Origin: Chloroflexota bacterium
Lineage (GTDB): Bacteria; Chloroflexota; UBA11872
Assembly (NCBI GenBank): GCA_965262745.1
Contig: OZ253558.1
Coordinates: 1,946,602-2,010,601 of the forward strand
Length of the DNA: 64,000 nucleotides
Reading direction: 5' to 3'
Shown one piece after another: positions 58,520-64,000 of the stretch. Every line of letters begins with the position of its first letter. Positions within the stretch are counted from its first letter, which is position 1. The notes below the pieces were generated by a model, which was not told the DNA's origin, did no database searches, and saw only the letters and a program-made list of their open reading frames with translations. Position numbers and translations under genes: made by a program.

Positions 58520-58711
58520 GTGCCTGCTCCCGCGCTGACTTCAGCGCTTGCTCGAAGTCCCAGTCGGCCTTCGGCGGCCCCTGCATGATGGCGAGGGCGA
58601 TCGGTTGTGCAACGGTCTCCACAGGCGGGAATCCACCCTGGATTGGGGATGCGGGCGTCACGCCCGCGAATTTGGAAGTTACACGATGTCAGCACCTCAG
58701 CCTCGTTTCCA

Positions 58712-58985
58712 CTAACGTACACCCGTCGCTTCAACACTCACGTCCACTTTGCAAGAAAGGGTGTTCACACTTGAAGTGATACGTCCTCCCAGTTCGAAAT
58801 CCTCGACTTCTCCTGCGTTCCAAGTGGATTTGGAGATAACCCCGGGAAAACCAAGTGCTTCTCCGTTCGCGCTCCCTTCGAGTTCGATCCTCATGTATGA
58901 CGCGTCAATTGCTCTCTTGGCGGTCAAAGTGCCACCGGCGATAACCCTGACTGTTTCGCCAAGCAACCTCTCACCCGAACATTGT
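58712..58985 (-). pseudogene. Probable frameshifted C-terminal domain of the LRR lipoprotein
   Basis: Removing one A near 58987 fuses ...PFALGV to TQCSGERLLGETVRV...LSCKVDVSVEATGVR. Confidence 0.55.
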
Positions 58986-61900
58986 GTTAACTCCTAATGC
59001 GAAAGGGTCTGACGCAGTTATTGGAGGTTGAGGTTCTGGAGTTGGCATCGGCGTGTTTGTGGCCTCGGACGTCTGCGCCTCAGAACCTCCGGCCTCCTCA
59101 ATGATCCAACTCCCATCGCTTTGCGGACGAGCAACGAATCTCTCCTCCCGGCCATTGACGGTCAAACTGACGTTGATCTCACCGCTGAAAGTAAGGAATG
59201 GAATGGCAGACCAACGTCCTTTTCCTTCCCCGTCGACCGACAATACCTGAGACGACCCAGGATATGTGCAGCTCTCTCCAGGCCTGACCACCAGCCCGGC
59301 ATAGCATTCGCCACGCGCTGGTTGCGTCGGTGTGGATTCAGGCACCGGTGTAGGCGTCACCGCTGTGGTCGGGGTCACTACAGGAGTCGCGGTTGGCGTG
59401 GGTGAGGGAGTCGGTGTGGATTCAGGCACCGGTGTAGGCGTCACCGCTGTGGTCGGGGTCACTACAGGAGTCGCGGTTGGCGTGGGTGAGGGAGTCGAAC
59501 CGGCTGTCAGCGGCAAGTATTGCGCATCGAAGAATATTGGCTCCACCTCAAGGGCCAGAAAAGTCTCGCTGATCGGCGCTTGCAAAACGATGTCGCCCCG
59601 CACGGTAGCTCCCGGCGCAATCTCCTTGTCCGCTATGAGACTGCCTGTGTCCGGCGCTCCGAATGTATCACCCAATTCTGAATTGTTCGTATCCACCAGA
59701 GCAAAGGTAGACGGTAAGCTAAAGGAATAATCGTCCTCGCTAAGATTCTTAACTTCAATGACAACCTTGACCCACTCATTGCCACTGTCCAGCCAGAAAT
59801 CCGAACGTTTATCCCCCGCATAACCTCTTACCACTTCCAGCGCTTGAAGTTCTAAATGTATGCCGAAGACATCGTCCTTGAAGGTCAAGACTCCTCCAGG
59901 AGCAGGCATAGGCGTGGCGTCGAACTGCGGCGTCGGTGCGGGCGTTGGTTCCGGTGTGGTCGTGGCCGTCGGCGTTGCGGCCTGAGCTGGCTCTGACACA
60001 ATGTCTGTGGGATTGAAATCCAGGTGAGTGATGACCCGGTTTTCGAAGGTTATCCAGCCCAGAAATATGTCGCCTCCAGATCTGGACGTGGTGTTGCCCT
60101 GTAACACAAGGGCGTCTCCATCGGGAAGGTGGGCCACCAGAAACTTGGTGTCCAGAAGCTCGGAAAAGTCCGGAGAGAACCTGAATCCCTCCGACAAGCA
60201 GAAGCTGTCTCTCGGCAACGCAAGACCCTCGTAGCAAGCCACGATCTGGCCACCCTCATGCATTCTCCGCCATGCGGCTGCACCGGCTCCGTTGAACTCA
60301 GAAAACTTGCCGGGCCGAACCGGCGTGGCCGTTGGTCTGGATGTGGCCGTCGGCGCAGCTGTTGGTTCCGGTGTCGGCGTAGGCGTGACCGTCGCTCCGG
60401 GCGTGGCTGCGCCGCAATCGGGCAGGTTGAGTTGCCCAAGATCATTACTCGCTATATCTCGCAACCCCTCGGGTATGCACCCGGTCAACTGGTTGCCGTA
60501 AAGAACCAGCTCCATCAGGTCGGACAGGCGCCCCAGCTCAAGCGGAATCTCACCCGTCAACTGGTTGCCGTGGAGAAACAGCCCCGTCAGGTTGGACAGG
60601 CCGCCCAGCTCAGGCGGAATCTCACCCGTCAACTGGTTGCCGGAGAGATCCAGCCTCGTCAGGTTGGACAGGCCGCCCAGCTCAGGCGGAATCTCACCCG
60701 TCAATTGGTTGCCGTAAAGAACCAGCTCCATCAGATCGGAGAGGCCGCCCAGCTCCGGCGGAATCGGCCCGGTCAAATGGTTGCCGTAAAGAACCAGCTC
60801 CATCAGGTCGGTCAGGCGCCCCAGCTCAAGCGGAATCTCACCCGTCAACTGGTTGCCGTGGAGAAACAGCCTCGTCAGGTTGGACAGGCGCCCCAGCTCA
60901 AGCGGAATCTCACCCGTCAACTGGTTGCCGTTGAGAAACAGCGCCCACAGGTTGGACAGGTGGCCCAGCTCCGGCGGAATCTCGCCCGTCAACTGGTTGT
61001 CGGAGAGGTTCAGCCCAATCAAGTTGGACAGGCGGCCCAGCTCCGGCGGAATCGGCCCGGTCAACTGGTTGCCGGAGAGATATAGATTCTTCAGGTTGGA
61101 CAGGTCACCCAACTCCGGCGGAATCGGCCCGGTCAAATGGTTGCCGGAGAGGCCCAGCACCGTCAGGTTGGACAGGCGGCCCAGCTCCGGCGGAATCTCG
61201 CCCGTCAACTGGTTGTCCCAAAGCACCAGCGACATCAGGTTGGACAGGCGGCCCAGTTCAGGCGGAATCTCACCCGTCAACTGGTTGTCCCAAAGACCCA
61301 GCTCGATAACTCGGCCGTTGCTGTCCGTGGTGACGCCGCGCCACTCGCCAATGGGCCTGCCGCTCAGCCAGTTCGCGTTGGCGTCCCAGCTTGCGCCACC
61401 CGTGCTGTGGTAGAAAGCGACCAGCACGGCCCGGTCCGAGGCGGATTGCGCACGCGTCGGCGTGGCCGTTGGTCTGGATGTGGCCGTCGGCGCAGCTGTT
61501 GGTTCCGGTGTCGGCGTAGGCGTGACCGTCGCTCCGGGCGTGGCTGCGCCGCAATCGGGCAGGTTGAGTTGCCCAAGATCATTACTCGCTATATCTCGCA
61601 ACCCCTCGGGTATGCACCCGGTCAACTGGTTGTCGTAGAGATCCAGCCTCGTCAGGTTGGACAGGCCGCCCAGCTCAGGCGGAATCTCACCCGTCAACTG
61701 GTTGCCGGAGAGATATAGCTCCGTCAGGTTGGACAGGCGGCCCAGCTCGGGCGGAATCTCACCCGTCAACTGGTTGCCGTGGAGAAACAGCCCCGTCAGG
61801 TTGGACAGGCGGCCCAGCTCGGGCGGAATCTCACCCGTCAACTGGTTGCCGTGGAGAAACAGCCCCGTCAGGTTGGACAGGCGGCCCAGCTCGGGCGGAA

Positions 61901-62654
61901 TCTCACCCGTCAACTGGTTGCCGTGGAGAAACAGCCCCGTCAGGTTGGACAGGCGGCCCAGCTCGGGCGGAATCTCACCCGTCAACTGGTTGTCGTAGAG
62001 ATATAGCGCCGACAGGTTGGACAGGTGGCCCAGCTCGGGCGGAATCTCACCCGTCAACCGATTGGCGTAAAGAACCAGCTCCGTCAGGTTGGACAGGCGG
62101 CCCAGCTCAAGCGGAATCTCACCCGTCAACTGGTTGCCGTAGAGAACCAGCGCCGACAGGTTGGACAGGTGGCCCAGCTCGGGCGGAATCTCACCCGTCA
62201 ACTGGTTGCCGTGGAGATATAGCCTCGTCAGGTTGGACAGGCGGCCCAGTTCAGGCGGTAAAGTCCCCGTCAGGTTGTTGCCCGGGAGACCCAGCTCAAT
62301 AACTCGGCCGTTGCTGTCCGTGGTGACGCCGCGCCACTCGCCAATGGGCCTGCCGCTCAGCCAGTTCGCGTTGGCGTCCCAGCTTGCGCCACCCGTGCTG
62401 TGGTAGAAAGCGACCAGCACGGCCCGGTCCGAGGCGGATTGCGCACGCGTCGGCGTGGCCGTTGGTCTGGATGTGGCCGTCGGCGCAGCTGTTGGTTCCA
62501 GTGTCGGCGTGGCCGTTGGGGTCGCCGCCGGCTGCCCGGCGGCAGCCGGCGCGGTGGGCTCCTCCTCGCCTCCGCATGCTCCCAAGAGCATCGCCAATAT
62601 GGCGGCAAGCGCGAACAGTCCCAAGGCCCGATTTATGATGTGAATCCGGTGCAT
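58971..62654 (-). CDS. Large surface lipoprotein with two plant-type LRR solenoids (10 + 12 repeats), Pro/Thr linkers and accessory domains (one DUF4352-like)
   Basis: LLGAC lipobox; SDRAVLVAFY...W.GVT N-cap twice; 24-aa LSNLxxLxLxxNQLTGEIPPELGx repeats; GCIP...LPDC C-cap twice. Confidence 0.92.
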   Translation of the reverse strand: MHRIHIINRALGLFALAAILAMLLGACGGEEEPTAPAAAGQPAATPTATPTLEPTAAPTATSRPTATPTRAQSASDRAVLVAFYHSTGGASWDANANWLSGRPIGEWRGVTTDSNGRVIELGLPGNNLTGTLPPELGRLSNLTRLYLHGNQLTGEIPPELGHLSNLSALVLYGNQLTGEIPLELGRLSNLTELVLYANRLTGEIPPELGHLSNLSALYLYDNQLTGEIPPELGRLSNLTGLFLHGNQLTGEIPPELGRLSNLTGLFLHGNQLTGEIPPELGRLSNLTGLFLHGNQLTGEIPPELGRLSNLTELYLSGNQLTGEIPPELGGLSNLTRLDLYDNQLTGCIPEGLRDIASNDLGQLNLPDCGAATPGATVTPTPTPEPTAAPTATSRPTATPTRAQSASDRAVLVAFYHSTGGASWDANANWLSGRPIGEWRGVTTDSNGRVIELGLWDNQLTGEIPPELGRLSNLMSLVLWDNQLTGEIPPELGRLSNLTVLGLSGNHLTGPIPPELGDLSNLKNLYLSGNQLTGPIPPELGRLSNLIGLNLSDNQLTGEIPPELGHLSNLWALFLNGNQLTGEIPLELGRLSNLTRLFLHGNQLTGEIPLELGRLTDLMELVLYGNHLTGPIPPELGGLSDLMELVLYGNQLTGEIPPELGGLSNLTRLDLSGNQLTGEIPPELGGLSNLTGLFLHGNQLTGEIPLELGRLSDLMELVLYGNQLTGCIPEGLRDIASNDLGQLNLPDCGAATPGATVTPTPTPEPTAAPTATSRPTATPVRPGKFSEFNGAGAAAWRRMHEGGQIVACYEGLALPRDSFCLSEGFRFSPDFSELLDTKFLVAHLPDGDALVLQGNTTSRSGGDIFLGWITFENRVITHLDFNPTDIVSEPAQAATPTATTTPEPTPAPTPQFDATPMPAPGGVLTFKDDVFGIHLELQALEVVRGYAGDKRSDFWLDSGNEWVKVVIEVKNLSEDDYSFSLPSTFALVDTNNSELGDTFGAPDTGSLIADKEIAPGATVRGDIVLQAPISETFLALEVEPIFFDAQYLPLTAGSTPSPTPTATPVVTPTTAVTPTPVPESTPTPSPTPTATPVVTPTTAVTPTPVPESTPTQPARGECYAGLVVRPGESCTYPGSSQVLSVDGEGKGRWSAIPFLTFSGEINVSLTVNGREERFVARPQSDGSWIIEEAGGSEAQTSEATNTPMPTPEPQPPITASDPFALGVNTMFG
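59326..59497 (-). repeat. 84-bp tandem duplication encoding a Pro/Thr linker
   Basis: GGTGTGGATTCAGGCACC... at 59329 and 59413. Confidence 0.9.
60470..62300 (-). repeat. 72-bp coding tandem repeats (LRR units) in two blocks
   Basis: Recurring GGCGGAATCTCACCCGTCAACTGGTTG core; three identical consecutive units near 61760-61980. Confidence 0.95.
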
Positions 62655-62772
62655 ACCTGCCCTCGCCAATATATGCACTCGTGATGACAATCGGACCTCC
62701 CCGACGACGGTGGAGGCCAAGTGAAGATCTTCCGAAACACGAACAGCTATCCGCTGCACTTTACCAAACTAG

Positions 62773-62823
62773 CTGTGAGCTACCTGTGAGCTTCAAGGCT
62801 TCTTGGCCGGAATCTGCTGTGAG
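62773..62823. promoter_or_regulatory. Helically phased direct repeats, candidate OmpR/PhoB-type operator
   Basis: CTGTGAGCT at 62773 and 62784, CTGTGAG at 62817 (11- and 33-bp spacing). Confidence 0.45.
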
Positions 62824-62948
62824 GTGTTTCTGGGCCAGCTATGATTTGGGGGCTGGCCGGGCCGAGCGCGTTCTCGCATCCCGCAGCCGGCGCGGCGCGG
62901 CGGCGACGGGCCGCTCACGGTCGTAGGCAGCCCGATTCGAGGAGGGAA

Positions 62949-64000
62949 ATGGAACAGGCAGACGAGCTTCAGCGGGAGATAACGGAGCTGCGGGAGCGGC
63001 TGTCCCGGCTGAGCCAGGCCAGCCTGCGCATCAACGAGAGCCTCGACTTCGATTCAGTGCTCCAGGGGGTGCTGGACAGCGCCTGCTCGCTGACCGGCGC
63101 CCGCTACGGCGTGATCACCCTGCTGGATGAGTCGGGGCGGATAGAGGACTTCGTAACTTCCGGACTGACCCCGGACGAGCACCGGCGGTTCACGGAGCTG
63201 CCCGAAGGGCTGAAGCTCTTCGAGCACCTCAGCCGGATTACGGAACCGCTGCGACTGCGGGACTTCCACAGCCACACCAGGGCGTTGGGCCTGCCCGAGT
63301 TCCGCCCGCCGATGGCAATCAGCCCCGTTCTGACCTTCCTGGCCGCGCCCATACGACACCTGGGGGAGAGCGTCGGGGCCTTCTACGTGGGCGAGAAGGC
63401 GGTGGAGTTCACCCCGGAGGACGAGGAGACCCTGGTGATGTTCGCCTCCCAAGCGGCGCTGGTCATCGCCAATGCCCGCAGGCACCGGGACGAGCAGCGG
63501 GCCAGGGCCGACCTGGAGACCCTGATCGACACCTCCCCGGTGGGCGTCCTGGTGTTCGACGCGAAGACGGGCGGCGTGACGTCGGTCAACCGGGAGGCCA
63601 GGAGGATCGTCAGCGGCCTGCACATGCCTGACGGCTCGGCGGAGGATCTCCTTGACATGCTGACCTTCCGGCGAGCCGACGGGCGGGAGATCTCCCTGGA
63701 GGAGTTCCCCCTGGCCCAGGCGCTGAGCACGGGCGAGACGGTGCGCGCCGAGGAGATCGTCATCGAGGTCCCCGACGGCGGGAGCGTCACCACCCTGGTC
63801 AACGCCACGCCCGTCCGCTCGGAGGGGGGCGAGGTCGTTTCAGTGGTCGCCACCTTCCAGGACATGACGCCGCTGGAGGAGATGGAGCGGCTGCGCGCCG
63901 AGTTCCTGGGCATGGTGAGCCACGAGCTCCGAACGCCGCTGACCTCCATCAAAGGCTCAGCCGCCACGCTCACCGAGGCGGCGTCCGACCTGGACCCCGC
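62949..64000 (+). CDS. GAF-PAS sensor histidine kinase, runs off the window (absent from the ORF track)
   Basis: GGAGGG RBS; MEQADELQREI..., ASLRINESLD...LTGARYG (GAF), LIDTSPVGV...VNREA (PAS), EFLGMVSHELRTPLTSIKG (H-box). Confidence 0.92.
   Translation, partial: MEQADELQREITELRERLSRLSQASLRINESLDFDSVLQGVLDSACSLTGARYGVITLLDESGRIEDFVTSGLTPDEHRRFTELPEGLKLFEHLSRITEPLRLRDFHSHTRALGLPEFRPPMAISPVLTFLAAPIRHLGESVGAFYVGEKAVEFTPEDEETLVMFASQAALVIANARRHRDEQRARADLETLIDTSPVGVLVFDAKTGGVTSVNREARRIVSGLHMPDGSAEDLLDMLTFRRADGREISLEEFPLAQALSTGETVRAEEIVIEVPDGGSVTTLVNATPVRSEGGEVVSVVATFQDMTPLEEMERLRAEFLGMVSHELRTPLTSIKGSAATLTEAASDLDP

Larger units (their letters stand above)
57345..64000. mobile_element. tRNA-Ile2-anchored decayed genomic island (right end outside window)
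   Basis: Abrupt switch after CCA to recombinase, Cache and HsdR fragments, low-GC patches and accessory genes. Confidence 0.7.

Noticed and set aside
60470-62300. Regularly spaced repeats with variable inserts resembling a CRISPR array
   Set aside because: Period is exactly 72 bp, in frame with LRR units; the variable parts recur; no cas genes
58971-62654. Diversity-generating retroelement acting on the LRR gene
   Set aside because: No reverse transcriptase or non-coding template repeat in the window; differences are not adenine-specific

Overview
High-GC bacterial chromosome segment. Inferred origin is Chloroflexota (Dehalococcoidia/SAR202-like, possibly a sponge or other animal symbiont), judged from the T-box, the Tat lipoprotein with VTKEVIKEV repeats, PhyH and sialidase genes, and a plant-type LRR lipoprotein; this is not proven. 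Positions 1-57344 are mostly housekeeping and catabolic genes: two Ldh_2 oxidoreductases, a cysteine synthase-like enzyme, a GDP-mannose/GDP-D-rhamnose cluster (flippase, cupin, PGM, rmd-like, gmd), a lone Type IIG-like restriction-methyltransferase fusion, yqeC, an ABC exporter, tandem M20 peptidases, SigK/RskA-like genes, the ilvB-ilvN-ilvC-leuA-leuC-leuD-cimA operon under a Val-specifier T-box, coaX-coaBC, tandem creatininases, an IS30 element, a peptide-type ABC importer, PhyH/AKR/Gfo/sialidase genes, a Cys-type formate dehydrogenase alpha subunit, degenerate Lnt- and PrsW-like proteins and three tRNAs (Tyr, Asp, Ile2). Directly after tRNA-Ile2 a decayed genomic island begins, with a probable serine-recombinase tail reading into the tRNA, Cache and HsdR fragments, a 22-repeat LRR lipoprotein and a GAF-PAS histidine kinase. 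The best candidates for novelty are: an unannotated ~270-nt long-range-paired RNA upstream of coaX-coaBC; three short leader ORFs with hairpins inside the T-box-controlled ilv-leu operon; and the combinatorially shuffled LRR gene with phased operator-like repeats. All calls come from reading motifs by eye; no searches were run.
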